Source of the DNA: Alphaproteobacteria bacterium
Lineage (GTDB): Bacteria > Pseudomonadota > Alphaproteobacteria > JASGCL01
Assembly: GCA_051010635.1 (NCBI GenBank)
Contig: JBPCVJ010000022.1
Coordinates: 38,985 to 102,984 of the forward strand
Length of the DNA: 64,000 nucleotides
Reading direction: 5' to 3'
Under the pieces are notes generated by a model. The model searched no databases. It was not told the origin of the DNA and was given only the letters and a program-made list of their open reading frames with translations. Within the stretch, counting starts at the first letter, position 1. The number at the start of each line of letters is the position of its first letter. Below, one piece after another: positions 51,819 through 64,000 of this stretch. The translations under genes were made by a program, and so were the position numbers.

Positions 51819-53648
51819 TTATTCACCAACAAATTTTTTCGGCCAACGATTATTGGCAATATCGGTCAGGGTGCTATGATTCAAATCTAATATATGATTA
51901 TAAACCCAATAATTCGCCAAAACCCGTGATACATAAAGCCTAGTTTCACGCAAAGGGATCGATTCAATAAACAACAATGGGTCATTGCCATATATCTTTT
52001 TTTTCTTTACCCATTTTCGCACATTGTTAGGTCCGCCATTATAAGCCGCCACCGCAAAAATCAAATTGCCATTAAAATCATTCAATCGCAACAGCGACGC
52101 CAAATAACGCGTGCCCATAATAAAATTCAATTCGGGGTTGTATAAATCATAGCGCGACGGCCATTTGTTATTATTATAAAATTGAGTGAGGTCCTTAAAA
52201 TCATCCCAACGGCTGACCATAGTGGCAGTGGTTGGCATCATCTGCATCATACCGATGGCGCCACTACGGCTGATGGCATAAGGAAAAAAATGCGATTCTT
52301 GCCTTGCCACCCCCAATGCCAAGGCCGCATCATCAGGTTTCAAATCTTTATCACCGCCGCTGACGATAGGAAAAAGTGCATAACCATAATGGCGACCAGA
52401 AATTCTTTTCAAATGAAGTGCCAGACGCATACCGGTATGGTGTAATTGATAATCATCGGTCACTGCCAATAAATTTTCGCTATAGGATTTTTTTAACTTA
52501 TTCAAAATAAATTGCCATTCCAACATTGCCAATTCGGGTTCATCAACATTCAACAAGGCAAACCCGCGTGCCATCACCGCAATTTGTGAAAGCCGTGCCA
52601 GCACCCTACGATTGGGGCGGGGGTTGGCACGAAAAATATCAAATTCGGTTATTTTTTTACCGCGTGGTTCCATATATTTTAAACCTATTTGACCATAAAA
52701 GGTCGTGGGGTTTTTGGTAGCATTCGCCACCGCTTGCAAGGCAAGGTCATCTTTATGCATCGATGCCAACGCCCGCCCTTGCCAAAAAAACGCCGCCGAT
52801 TGCAAAAATGGGTCAACGCTTTTGCTGGTTACCAAAAAATATTTTTGTGCCTTGTTATAACGACTGCGTTGCCATTCGGCTAAACCACCCCACCATGAGC
52901 TTTCTATCGCCTTATCTTTCAGTATCAGCGATGCCTCATCCGCCAAATTGCTAGCCTGTTGATAGCGCTGGGCAAAATAAAAACCCGATATGGTGATGGC
53001 AAACATTCTATCAAGCAATTTGGGATTATTTTTTTTATTTTCTGCGGTGACATTTTGGCGGGTCAATGCCAAAGCCTGGGTTAATCTTTTGCGTTTTACC
53101 AACCGCCTCAAACGATAGACTCTTCTTTCCAACTGGCTAATCGCAAATTCGCCCGCATCCATCTTGCCATTTTTGGTTTGTTTGGCTAAAAATTTTTTTC
53201 TTGCTTCGCTTTCCATCGCATCAAGTGGTAAGGTCGGCACTTCGGGTTTGGTGAGGGGATATTTTTTATTGGGGCGTTTAATCAATGCCAAACGATAGAT
53301 ATTGCGTGCCATACCTTGCTCATAATATTTTTTTAGCCATACCGACAATTCGCCTATATTGCTTTTGTAATTGGGGTGAATATAAATCTGTGCTAGCACC
53401 GCGGGGCGCAAAATAGGGTCATCAGCTGTTTTGATAAGTTGTTTGGCAGTGGCAAATTGCTTGGCACGCACCGCCGCAAAGGCTTTTTTATAAATGGCTT
53501 GGTCGCTGCGATTAAGCACATTTGGCACCGCAGAGCTTGCCTCAACTGCCGCCAGCAAAAACAACCCCACAACCAAAAAAAACCACAACCAATTTTTTCC
53601 TAGGCAACGAGTGATTCTAACCATAGAATCCACCATAGCATGATTCAC
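51819..53648 (-). CDS. soluble lytic murein transglycosylase (Slt70-like)
   Basis: ARQES.F, GAIGMMQMMPTTA, AAYNGGP, ETRLYV; helical N-terminus. Confidence 0.9.
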   Translation of the reverse strand: MNHAMVDSMVRITRCLGKNWLWFFLVVGLFLLAAVEASSAVPNVLNRSDQAIYKKAFAAVRAKQFATAKQLIKTADDPILRPAVLAQIYIHPNYKSNIGELSVWLKKYYEQGMARNIYRLALIKRPNKKYPLTKPEVPTLPLDAMESEARKKFLAKQTKNGKMDAGEFAISQLERRVYRLRRLVKRKRLTQALALTRQNVTAENKKNNPKLLDRMFAITISGFYFAQRYQQASNLADEASLILKDKAIESSWWGGLAEWQRSRYNKAQKYFLVTSKSVDPFLQSAAFFWQGRALASMHKDDLALQAVANATKNPTTFYGQIGLKYMEPRGKKITEFDIFRANPRPNRRVLARLSQIAVMARGFALLNVDEPELAMLEWQFILNKLKKSYSENLLAVTDDYQLHHTGMRLALHLKRISGRHYGYALFPIVSGGDKDLKPDDAALALGVARQESHFFPYAISRSGAIGMMQMMPTTATMVSRWDDFKDLTQFYNNNKWPSRYDLYNPELNFIMGTRYLASLLRLNDFNGNLIFAVAAYNGGPNNVRKWVKKKKIYGNDPLLFIESIPLRETRLYVSRVLANYWVYNHILDLNHSTLTDIANNRWPKKFVGE

Positions 53649-53649
53649 C

Positions 53650-54069
53650 TTAAGAATACATCTTTTCGCTTAAAGATGCCAAAGCCGCCCGTGCCACCTG
53701 TAATTTTTGTTCGATGATGGTTTGCTGGCTTTCATCTTTATTATGTTTTAATTCTTCTGATAATTGGCTGATATGTTTTTCAATATCTTTGCTTTGTAAA
53801 TCATCAACATTATCAGCACTATTTGCCAAAACAGCCACTTTTTTATCACCAATATCGGCAAACCCGCCACTAATAAAAAATTTCTTTGTCAATTTGCCGC
53901 CATGATAAATCCACAAAACACCCGCACGCAAAGCCGCTATGGTGGCAATATGGCCTGCCAAAATACCCAAATCGCCATCATCACCCGGTATGATAACCAT
54001 ATCGCCATCGCCCTGAAATAAAGCACCCGTAGGGGCAATAATATCAATTTGTAATTGTTCGCTTGCCAT
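53650..54069 (-). CDS. atpC: ATP synthase epsilon subunit
   Basis: PG..GDLGILAGH, ISGGFA; follows atpD. Confidence 0.95.
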   Translation of the reverse strand: MASEQLQIDIIAPTGALFQGDGDMVIIPGDDGDLGILAGHIATIAALRAGVLWIYHGGKLTKKFFISGGFADIGDKKVAVLANSADNVDDLQSKDIEKHISQLSEELKHNKDESQQTIIEQKLQVARAALASLSEKMYS

Positions 54070-54104
54070 CTATACCCCGATATTATGCTTACACCATCGC
54101 ATGA

Positions 54105-55565
<1,461 letters not shown>

Positions 55566-55616
55566 CTATCATCAAGCCGTAGCGATTTTTTAAAAAAAAA
55601 GCAAGCCCCGTTCTTG

Positions 55617-55991
55617 TCAAAGGCGGCAATGATTGCCCTTGCCTTGAAAAGATTCCACCCGATTATTTTTTATAATAAAAGTTGTTTGACACCATTTTTT
55701 ATAATAGGTCTGCCCCAATGCGCCTTCACGAAACACCGAACCCTTATCTTCCCCCGTTACCACCACACCCGCACCTGCCACCCCAAGCTCGGCACGCCGA
55801 TAAACCATATAAACCCGACCTTCCAATCTATATTCACGGCTAGGCGGTCCCAAAGCATTTATTACCGCTGATGGTTTCTTACCCACCAGCGATCGCATCA
55901 TATCATTATAATTGGCACGGCTGGCACAAGATGCCAACATAGATAACAATAACAGCCATGGTAGATATTTTATTTTATACATATCAATCAT
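55617..55991 (-). CDS. putative lipoprotein
   Basis: Lipobox LASC after a hydrophobic stretch; LGPPS and WCQTTF...GNHC. Confidence 0.7.
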   Translation of the reverse strand: MIDMYKIKYLPWLLLLSMLASCASRANYNDMMRSLVGKKPSAVINALGPPSREYRLEGRVYMVYRRAELGVAGAGVVVTGEDKGSVFREGALGQTYYKKWCQTTFIIKNNRVESFQGKGNHCRL

Positions 55992-56916
55992 GTTTTATAA
56001 ATTTTTTTTTACCAATATCCCTAATATCATGGGGGCTAGATTGATAAACCATATTAATCCAGTTGGCGAATAACAGATGGGCGTGCGAACGCCAGCGACT
56101 GGGCGGGGTTTGATTGGTATTATTATCAGAAAAATAATTTTTTGGTTTGGCAATACCAAGCCCCGCCTGCCCATCCCTTTCATATTCTAAAGCCAATGTA
56201 TCAACATCATATTCTATGTGATTAAACATATAGGTGGTGTGGTATTTTTTATCACTAAGCAAACAGGCCTGCCCATCGCTTGATGCCAATAGCAATGACA
56301 AATCTTGGTTATAGACAATATCATCAACCGCGGTATAGCGAGACACTGGAATATAAATTTCATCATCAAAGCCACGCACCAAAGGGTGGTTTTTTTGTAA
56401 AACATGGTGGGCATAAAGCCCAAAGGCTTTTTCATGCAATGGGTGTTTGCCAATGCCGCGATGGTAATAGATAGCCGCCTGTGCCCCCCAACAGATGGCA
56501 AAGGTTGAATGGACATGGGTTTGCGTCCAGCTTAAAATTTCGGTCAATTCTTGCCAATAATCCACCTCAGTAAATGGTATTTTTTCCACTGGCGCACCAG
56601 TGATGATAAATCCATCAAATTTTTTATGTTGGATTTTATGAAAAGCATTATAAAATTTTTGCAAATGCCCTTCGGGGGCATTTTTTGGTTTATAACTACC
56701 TGTGGTTACCAGCGTCAATTCAAGTTGTAGCGGGCTGCCGCCAAGCAACCTTGCCAATTGCAATTCGGTGACTTCTTTGGTGGGCATCAAATTCAAAAGG
56801 GCAATTTGCATCGGGCGAATATCTTGGCGTATAGCGTCTTTTTCTAATATCAACACCACGCCTTCGTCTTCTAATTGACGGCTGGCGGGCAAATCATTGG
56901 GAATTTTTATCGGCAT
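55984..56916 (-). CDS. metA: homoserine O-acyltransferase (MetA family)
   Basis: MPIKIP, QDIRP, LNLMP, ITGAPVE, ICWGAQ, HIEY, WRSHA. Confidence 0.95.
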   Translation of the reverse strand: MPIKIPNDLPASRQLEDEGVVLILEKDAIRQDIRPMQIALLNLMPTKEVTELQLARLLGGSPLQLELTLVTTGSYKPKNAPEGHLQKFYNAFHKIQHKKFDGFIITGAPVEKIPFTEVDYWQELTEILSWTQTHVHSTFAICWGAQAAIYYHRGIGKHPLHEKAFGLYAHHVLQKNHPLVRGFDDEIYIPVSRYTAVDDIVYNQDLSLLLASSDGQACLLSDKKYHTTYMFNHIEYDVDTLALEYERDGQAGLGIAKPKNYFSDNNTNQTPPSRWRSHAHLLFANWINMVYQSSPHDIRDIGKKKFIKHD

Positions 56917-56965
56917 ATTTTTTTTTGGATAGCTTTCAATCAATTTCTATGCTAGACCATAAATC

Positions 56966-57904
56966 ATGAGCAGAAAATTGGCAAGGGAGTCATCACGCCA
57001 CCATCACAGCCAACCACCTAGTGCTAAACATAGCAATAAAAAACATTTGACAACCAAACAACATCGCCCAGATGTTCGCCCTGCCTTTCGACCAAAAACC
57101 AAACACCCCAAAATAAAAAACCCGCACTATTATCTTTATGGTTTTCATGCGGTGGCGGCGGCATTGCTTAACCCACAGCGGGAAAAAATAAAATTGCATC
57201 TTACCCCCGAGGTCAAGGCAAAATTGGAAAAAAATTCGGCATTAAAAAATATCTTATCACAGCTGGCAACAGAATCGGCGGTCAATATAACCAACCGATA
57301 TGGCATAGACCAGCGATTCGCCGATATATTGGAAAATGCACCCCACCAAGGGGTGGTGTTTGAAACCAAACCCATCGCCCATATCGACCTTAAACATTAT
57401 TTAGAAAATATCATCACCATCAACCAAAGCCAAAACCACCATTGTTTTTTATTATTGGATAAATTACAAGATGCGCATAATATCGGTGCCATATTACGCT
57501 CGGCAGATTATTTTAACATTGATGGTATTGTCTTGCCCGAACGCCACACCGCCCCCGAATCGGCGGCGATGGCAAAATCAGCCAGCGGTGCTTTGGAATC
57601 TATACCCTTGATAAGGGTGAGTAATTTATCCCAAGCATTACAAATTTTTAAAAAAAATGGTTTTTGGATTTATGGGCTACAACAAAATGGCGAACATCAT
57701 TTAGAAAATATTATGTTTGATAAAAAATCAATCTTGGTATTGGGGCAAGAGGGCGATGGTATTTCCGCCATGATCGATGCCAAAACCGACTTTTCCATCG
57801 CCATTCATCGCACCAAACATAATAATCAAATTGATAGTTTGAATGTCAGCAATGCGGTTGCGATCGCACTTTATCATTGGTCTATCACCGCTTATAAAAA
57901 ATAA
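56966..57904 (+). CDS. rlmB: TrmH-family 23S rRNA 2'-O-methyltransferase
   Basis: YGFHAV, HQG, DAHNIGAILRSA, GQEGDG, SLNVSNA. Confidence 0.85.
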   Translation: MSRKLARESSRHHHSQPPSAKHSNKKHLTTKQHRPDVRPAFRPKTKHPKIKNPHYYLYGFHAVAAALLNPQREKIKLHLTPEVKAKLEKNSALKNILSQLATESAVNITNRYGIDQRFADILENAPHQGVVFETKPIAHIDLKHYLENIITINQSQNHHCFLLLDKLQDAHNIGAILRSADYFNIDGIVLPERHTAPESAAMAKSASGALESIPLIRVSNLSQALQIFKKNGFWIYGLQQNGEHHLENIMFDKKSILVLGQEGDGISAMIDAKTDFSIAIHRTKHNNQIDSLNVSNAVAIALYHWSITAYKK

Positions 57905-57946
57905 TTCTAGCTAGTTTTTTTAATAAAAAACCGATAAATTGCCGAT

Positions 57947-58438
57947 ATGACAAAACCCAGCGTGCTGGTGGTGATGGGTAGCGAAAGCGACTCCGCCATC
58001 ATGGCAGAAACATTAAAAACCTTACAATCATTTGATGTAGAGGCGGTGGCAAAAATTATATCCGCCCACCGCACCCCCGAAAGATTACGCGAAGTTGCCA
58101 ACCAAGCCATGGCAGATGGCATCAAAATTATCATTGCTGGTGCGGGCGGGGCGGCGCATTTACCCGGTATGATGGCAAGTTTTTCCAGCTTGCCTGTGCT
58201 GGGTGTGCCGATACCCAGCAAAACCTTAGAAGGGCTTGATAGTTTATTATCCATCGTGCAGATGCCAAAGGGAATCCCCGTGGGTAGTTTGGCTATCGGC
58301 GAAACGGGTGCGGTGAATGCTGGTCTGTTGGCGGTAGCTATTCTTGCCCTCAATGATGAATCTTTGGCAAAAAAATTGACAGAATTTCGTAAAAACCAAA
58401 CTGCCGAGGTTGCCATTGCACCCAAAAACCATCTTTAA
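57947..58438 (+). CDS. purE: N5-CAIR mutase
   Basis: [29 protein letters not shown]. Confidence 0.97.
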   Translation: MTKPSVLVVMGSESDSAIMAETLKTLQSFDVEAVAKIISAHRTPERLREVANQAMADGIKIIIAGAGGAAHLPGMMASFSSLPVLGVPIPSKTLEGLDSLLSIVQMPKGIPVGSLAIGETGAVNAGLLAVAILALNDESLAKKLTEFRKNQTAEVAIAPKNHL

Positions 58439-58443
58439 AAAAA

Positions 58444-59541
58444 ATGCCCCAAGCCGACCATGCATCGCTTATCACCAAAAACCGATTGGGTATTTTGGGT
58501 GGCGGACAGTTGGGGCGTATGATGATAGAAAATGGTGCGGGCCTAGCAAAAAAATTTATCGTCTGGGATAAAAATAAAGATAGCCCCGCTATGGCATTAT
58601 CATCGCATAATATCATTGCCGCATTTGATGACAAAATGGCTTTACAAGAATTTTTATCAGCCATTGATAGCGTGGTGATCGAATGGGAAAATATTCCCAC
58701 CCAGCTGGTTGAAAAAATTGCCAAACACAAACCCATCATAGCGCCCGCATCTATTTTGGGCATAGCGCAAAGCCGCCAAGCGGAAAAAAAATTTTTTTTA
58801 ACCAGCCCGATTCACCCCGCACCCTTTGCCATATTATCAGCCAGCGATGATAGGGCGATGATGATAAAAAAAATTACCACTGCCAACCTCACCCTGCCCG
58901 CCATATTAAAAACCGATCGGTTGGGTTATGATGGCAAGGGGCAATATATTATCAAAACCATCGATGATATTTTAGCCGCCATAGAAAATCAAACGGGCGA
59001 TTTTGTATTGGAACAAAAAATAAATTTTATCAGCGAAGGCTCGGTATTGGTGGCACGGGATAGGTATGGCAAGGTGATATCTTACCCAATGGTTGAAAAT
59101 ATTCACAAAAATGGTATTTTGCATTCAACATCATATCCTGCCAAAAAAATTTCACCCGCATTGCAAAAAACTGCTATCCATGCCACCAAACAAATGGCAA
59201 ACAAATTGAACTTAATCGGTTTATTATGCGTTGAATATTTTATCAGCCATGATGAAAAATTAATTGCCAATGAAATGGCACCCCGCCCGCATAATTCATT
59301 TCACTGGACGATCGAGGCTGTCACCATCAGCCAATTTTTACAAATCACCCGCATCGCCCTGGGGCTTTCGGCTATCGAGCCAGAGGTCAAGGCAAACGGC
59401 GCCACCATGTATAATATCTTGGGCGATGATATCAACCACCATAAAAAATGGCACAACAAAAAAAATTATTTTTTACATCTTTATGGCAAAACCATTGCCA
59501 CACCCAATAGAAAAATGGGGCATTATACTATTTTATCATAA
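58444..59541 (+). CDS. purK: N5-CAIR synthase
   Basis: GGGQLGRM, GYDGKGQ, NEMAPRPHNS, RKMGH. Confidence 0.95.
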   Translation: MPQADHASLITKNRLGILGGGQLGRMMIENGAGLAKKFIVWDKNKDSPAMALSSHNIIAAFDDKMALQEFLSAIDSVVIEWENIPTQLVEKIAKHKPIIAPASILGIAQSRQAEKKFFLTSPIHPAPFAILSASDDRAMMIKKITTANLTLPAILKTDRLGYDGKGQYIIKTIDDILAAIENQTGDFVLEQKINFISEGSVLVARDRYGKVISYPMVENIHKNGILHSTSYPAKKISPALQKTAIHATKQMANKLNLIGLLCVEYFISHDEKLIANEMAPRPHNSFHWTIEAVTISQFLQITRIALGLSAIEPEVKANGATMYNILGDDINHHKKWHNKKNYFLHLYGKTIATPNRKMGHYTILS

Positions 59542-59544
59542 TCT

Positions 59545-61344
59545 ATGTTAAAATATTTGCGTGCCAATTTAAAAAAAAATGCCATTGATGGTTGGCTACA
59601 AAATCGCGGCGACCAATTTTTGAATGAATATATTGCACCCGATGATGATAGATTGACGCCTTTGAGCGGTTTTAGCGGCTCCAGCGGTTTGGCATTGGTA
59701 TTAGCCAACGATGCCTTTTTATTGATCGATGGTCGTTATGATACCCAAGCCCGTGCCGAGGTGGATAAAAATTGGCACATTTTAGGTCCAACAGAAATGA
59801 AAAAAATAAATTGCCAAGATTTTCCCGATGTTGCCCTATCGCTTAAAAAAAAATTAACCATCGGGTTTCCTGCCGATTCATTTTCTTATCGGCAAATCAT
59901 GGCTTGGCAAAAAAAATTAAAAAACTCACCAGTTAGATTAAAAGCCTTTCAAAAAAACTTAAACCCACCGCTTGATAAAAAAAAAACCATCGGCAAAATT
60001 TTTAACCATGATATAAAATATGCAGGTTTATCACGCCAAAAAAAATTGGCACAATTACGCCAAATTTTAAAACAAAAAAATATTCATCAATTTATCATTG
60101 GCAACAATGCCAACCTATCATGGCTTTTAAATTTGCGTGGCGATATGATCCCCTATAACCCCATCATCACCGCTATCGGTTTGGTGGGAAAAACATCATG
60201 CCATGTTTTTTTACCCGATAATATGTTGCCACAAAATTTTGATAAAAACCATATCACCATCCACCCTTTATCAAGCTGGTCGCGATTTATCAAAAACCTA
60301 CCCAGCCACGCAACCATCGCTATGGATGATGGCGATAGCAATTATCAATTAATCAATAGCGTGCCGCCGAAAAAAAGAATCTTTATGCCCGACCCGATAA
60401 GCAAAATGAAGTCTAGCAAAAATAAAATTGAAATGGATGGTGCGAAATTGGCGCATCTGTATGATGGCATAGCTATGGTGCGATTTTTATATTGGTTAGA
60501 TATGGCAATGAAGCAATCATCACCGCTTGATGAAATTAACATAGCTGAAAAATTATGGTGGTTTCGCCAACAAAATAAAAATTGTGTGATGCCAAGTTTT
60601 GCCACCATCGCCGCCATTACAGAACATGCCGCCCTACCGCATTATCAGGCAAAACCGCATAGCCGCCGCCATCTGGCAAACCATGATATTCTATTACTTG
60701 ATTCGGGGGCACATTATTTTTTTGGCACCACCGACATCACCCGCACCATCGTGCCATCACCGCTTGCCTTAAGCAAAAACCATTGGGGCGATGATTTTGC
60801 CCGCCATTATACTCTGGTGCTAAAAGGGCATTTGGCTATCGCTAGGGCGCGTTTTCCCAAACATACATTGGGGTCGCAACTTGACCCATTGGCAAGGCAG
60901 TATCTTTGGCAATTTGGGTTGGATTATAACCATAGCACTGGGCATGGTATCGGGCATTTTTTATCGGTGCATGAATCGCCACCACATATATCTGCCCATA
61001 GCCAGACGGCTGTTTGCCCCGCCCATCTTACCAGCAATGAACCAGCCTTTTATCAAACAGATAATAAAACCGCCGCGGGTGTTTATGGTATCAGAATAGA
61101 AAATATTGAATTATGCAAAATTGTCGGCCGCACCAAACATGGCGATGATATTTTGGGGTTTGAAACCCTAACCCTTTGCCCGATCGATACCACCCCGCTT
61201 CATCACCAGAATAATTTGGCTTGGTTGAATGATGATGAAAAAAACCAATTGAATCTTTATCATCAAAAAGTAAAAAATACCCTGTCGCCGCATCTATCGC
61301 CCGATGAAAAAAAATGGCTATCTCATCGCACCATAGCAATTTAA
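59545..61344 (+). CDS. Xaa-Pro aminopeptidase (aminopeptidase P family)
   Basis: SGFSGSSG, DGRY, DSGAHY..GTTDITRT, HSTGHGIG..LSVHE, GIRIEN. Confidence 0.92.
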   Translation: MLKYLRANLKKNAIDGWLQNRGDQFLNEYIAPDDDRLTPLSGFSGSSGLALVLANDAFLLIDGRYDTQARAEVDKNWHILGPTEMKKINCQDFPDVALSLKKKLTIGFPADSFSYRQIMAWQKKLKNSPVRLKAFQKNLNPPLDKKKTIGKIFNHDIKYAGLSRQKKLAQLRQILKQKNIHQFIIGNNANLSWLLNLRGDMIPYNPIITAIGLVGKTSCHVFLPDNMLPQNFDKNHITIHPLSSWSRFIKNLPSHATIAMDDGDSNYQLINSVPPKKRIFMPDPISKMKSSKNKIEMDGAKLAHLYDGIAMVRFLYWLDMAMKQSSPLDEINIAEKLWWFRQQNKNCVMPSFATIAAITEHAALPHYQAKPHSRRHLANHDILLLDSGAHYFFGTTDITRTIVPSPLALSKNHWGDDFARHYTLVLKGHLAIARARFPKHTLGSQLDPLARQYLWQFGLDYNHSTGHGIGHFLSVHESPPHISAHSQTAVCPAHLTSNEPAFYQTDNKTAAGVYGIRIENIELCKIVGRTKHGDDILGFETLTLCPIDTTPLHHQNNLAWLNDDEKNQLNLYHQKVKNTLSPHLSPDEKKWLSHRTIAI

Positions 61345-61381
61345 TTTTTTTTCATCATAGAATCGGTTTAATGATGGTTTT

Positions 61382-63478
61382 ATGAAACAAACACCATTTG
61401 TGGTTGCCACCCCACTTGATATGGCATTTGATTATGCCATCAGCGATGACAACCATATCAAGGGTGGCGATATTGCTATGGTGCCATTTGGCAAACGCTA
61501 TCTATTGGCGGTGCATTTTCCCGATATGGCGAATATGAAAAAAAATATCGACCCGAATAAATTAAAATCACCGATAGGTTTTTTTCATCAACCGCCTTTT
61601 TCTTATCAAAGGCTTTCAGCCAACCATCTTAAATTTTTATCACAACTATCGCAATATTATGGCGGGCGGCTTGGCGCACCACTGGGCGGCGTGGTGAAGA
61701 TGGCATTGCCGATACCAAAAATTTTTAGCAAAAAATTCTTAGAAAAAATATCACACCATACAGCACCCACCGCTACGGCATTGCCTGAAAGCCAACATAA
61801 AAAAAAATTCGCCCTCAATGATTTTCAATTAACTGCCATCAACCATATTAAAAAAAATTTTATCAGCCAGCAATTTTCAACCCATCTGTTGCATGGTATT
61901 ACAGGGTCGGGTAAGACCGCAGTTTATTTTGAAATGATGCGTGAGGTATTGATGCAAGGTAAAAAAGTCTTGGTGTTGTTGCCCGAAATTTCCCTATCCA
62001 CCCAATGGCGAGAAAAATTCTATGATTATTTTGGCAATGATATAAAATTATTTGAATGGCATTCCCACCTATCAAACAAACAACGCGAAGAAAATTTTTA
62101 TCATATTATGAAAAATGATGTTAGTGTTTTGGTGGGGGCGCGTTCCGCCCTGTTATTACCACTCGAGCCTTTGGGGCTGGTTGTAGTTGATGAAGAGCAT
62201 GACCCATCATACAAACAACAATCGGGCGTGCGTTACCATGCAAGGGATATGGCAATTTTGCGTGCCAAAATTTTTTCTTGCCCGATTATTTTATCATCGG
62301 CAACCCCCAGTTTAGAAAGCTACCACAATGCCACCATAAAAAAATATCATCTCACCCACATCAGCGACCGAGTGTTGGCAAAAAAACTACCCACCATCAA
62401 TATCATTGACCTAAAACAACACCCATTGGCAAAAGATGAATTTATTTCCACCCCGCTGAAAACCGCTATGGAGGCGGCTTTGCTAAAAGGCGAACAGGCT
62501 TTGCTGTTTATCAATCGCCGTGGTTTTGCCCCCATCACCCTTTGCACCGCCTGCGGCAAAAAATTGGCGTGCCATCAATGTTCATCTTACCTTACCCATC
62601 ACAGCGCTAAAAAAAAATACCAATGCCATCAATGCGATTGGTTTATCAGCGAACAACAATTAAAAAATGCCGATGGTGCTATCGCTTGCCCCGATTGTAA
62701 AAAACCCGATAGTCTTATCGCTTTTGGTCCGGGTGCCGAACGGGTGATGGCGGAAGTGCAACAAAAATTCCCCACCGCCCGCACCGCTCTTGCCACCAGC
62801 GATAGTATAAAAAAGGAAGCCGACTTGAAAAAACTCATCAGCGATATAGAAACAAAAAAAATTGATATTGTGGTTGGCACACAAATTTTGGCGAAGGGGC
62901 ATGATTTTCCCTACCTATCATTGGTGGGGGTGATAGCCACCGACCAATTATTCTTGGGCGAGGACCCAAGGGCTATGGAAAAAGCTTGGCAAGGTTTAGC
63001 CCAAGTGATAGGGCGGGCGGGCAGACACCAAACCACCAGCTCGGCATTTGCGATATTGCAAACCTACCAACCCAATGAAGAAACCTTATCATTGTTGGTG
63101 GCGGGGAAAGAGGAAGAATTTTTACAAAAATTATTGACCATTCGTTTTGATAACCGCCTACCGCCATTTGCGCGGCTTTCGCTTTTGACATTGCTACATA
63201 AAAATGAAGAGGTGTTAAAAAATATTTTGCGTGCCATGAAACAACAGGCAATCACATTATTGCCCGCACAACCCGCTACCTTTAAAATATATGGTCCTGC
63301 ACCATCGCCTATGGCAAAAATTCGTGGGCTGTATCGTTATCGGTTTTTAATCATTGCCCATCGCCATCAAACATTGATAGATTTTTTTAAAATATGGTTA
63401 AAACTTTGCCATGACAATATTCCCGATTATAAAAAAATTCACAAGGAATTGGATATTGACCCGCAAGATTTTATGTAA
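61382..63478 (+). CDS. priA: primosomal protein N'
   Basis: GITGSGKT, DEEHD, four CxxC pairs, GTQILAKGHDFP, QVIGRAGR. Confidence 0.96.
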   Translation: MKQTPFVVATPLDMAFDYAISDDNHIKGGDIAMVPFGKRYLLAVHFPDMANMKKNIDPNKLKSPIGFFHQPPFSYQRLSANHLKFLSQLSQYYGGRLGAPLGGVVKMALPIPKIFSKKFLEKISHHTAPTATALPESQHKKKFALNDFQLTAINHIKKNFISQQFSTHLLHGITGSGKTAVYFEMMREVLMQGKKVLVLLPEISLSTQWREKFYDYFGNDIKLFEWHSHLSNKQREENFYHIMKNDVSVLVGARSALLLPLEPLGLVVVDEEHDPSYKQQSGVRYHARDMAILRAKIFSCPIILSSATPSLESYHNATIKKYHLTHISDRVLAKKLPTINIIDLKQHPLAKDEFISTPLKTAMEAALLKGEQALLFINRRGFAPITLCTACGKKLACHQCSSYLTHHSAKKKYQCHQCDWFISEQQLKNADGAIACPDCKKPDSLIAFGPGAERVMAEVQQKFPTARTALATSDSIKKEADLKKLISDIETKKIDIVVGTQILAKGHDFPYLSLVGVIATDQLFLGEDPRAMEKAWQGLAQVIGRAGRHQTTSSAFAILQTYQPNEETLSLLVAGKEEEFLQKLLTIRFDNRLPPFARLSLLTLLHKNEEVLKNILRAMKQQAITLLPAQPATFKIYGPAPSPMAKIRGLYRYRFLIIAHRHQTLIDFFKIWLKLCHDNIPDYKKIHKELDIDPQDFM

Positions 63479-63483
63479 AAATA

Positions 63484-63771
63484 TTACTTTGGCAAGACCT
63501 GCTTAAAAGGATATATCGTGGTGGTGGCAAATAACCCCGCCTGATGATAGGGGTCGGCGTTTAAAAAATTTTTTATCACCATTTCATCGGTGGCGGCCAA
63601 CACCAAATGCGAACCTATCATATCATCACCAGATAATAAGGGACCCGCCAATATAATCTCCACCCCCCATTGTTTTGCCGATGATAAAAATAAAAGATGC
63701 TCATCACGATGCTGTTGCCTTAAATCGCTGACATTTTTTTTATCAAGAGCGGTGATAACAAATTGTCGCAT
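63484..63771 (-). CDS. YciI family protein
   Basis: R..HRDEHL, AGPL, GS, DPY..AGLF. Confidence 0.85.
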   Translation of the reverse strand: MRQFVITALDKKNVSDLRQQHRDEHLLFLSSAKQWGVEIILAGPLLSGDDMIGSHLVLAATDEMVIKNFLNADPYHQAGLFATTTIYPFKQVLPK

Positions 63772-63781
63772 GGTTATTTTT

Positions 63782-64000
63782 TTAAAAGAAACCACCCCAA
63801 AGAGCAAGCATTTGTTTTTTAATTATGGTTTGCGAAAATTTTTTTAATACCAATTGCCTAGCACCATACCCCAATTTTTTTCTTAAACCATCATCGCATA
63901 GAATTTTTTCCATCGCCATTGCCAGCGATGCTGGTTGGTGATGTTTTATCAAAAGACCGCTGATATGGTGTTTGCAAATATCACGCGACCCCGCAACATC
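63782..64000 (-). CDS. glycosyltransferase family 4, C-terminal fragment (5' end outside window)
   Basis: Own translation from 64000: DVAGSRDIC...SGLLI...LAMAMEKIL...LRKKLG..ARQLVLKKFS; not in the ORF track. Confidence 0.75.
   Translation of the reverse strand, partial: DVAGSRDICKHHISGLLIKHHQPASLAMAMEKILCDDGLRKKLGYGARQLVLKKFSQTIIKKQMLALWGGFF

Overview
A 64-kb chromosomal segment from an AT-rich, gene-dense alphaproteobacterium. The backbone is housekeeping genes (tkt, yajC-secDF, argS-SPOR-nagZ-scpAB, pdxJ, tsaB, rimM, speB, coxBA, rpmE, rpsF-rpsR-rplI, mgtE, rlpA, lpxC, ffh, acnA, moeA-moaDE, pgk, atpDC, metA, purEK, priA), with many canonical operons broken up. Six AT-richer restriction/modification-type loci are interleaved one at a time between core genes in the first 33 kb: two GmrSD-like DUF262/DUF1524 nucleases, two Type II REase+MTase pairs, a BcgI-like Type IIB pair and an MTase-Mrr fusion. 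No integrase or transposase is present, and several of these loci sit at breakpoints of conserved gene order. Other signals read from the DNA: ACGT appears absent from the window, three promoters share TTGCAR-N8-GAATC, a two-hairpin sRNA candidate with an anti-SD loop lies between lpxC and ffh, a frameshifted repeat-encoded N-terminal extension precedes lpxC, a LexA-box-like site precedes an orphan gene, and an S6:S18-type leader precedes rpsF. No tRNA, rRNA or CRISPR array was recognised. All product calls come from motif recognition by eye; no searches were run.
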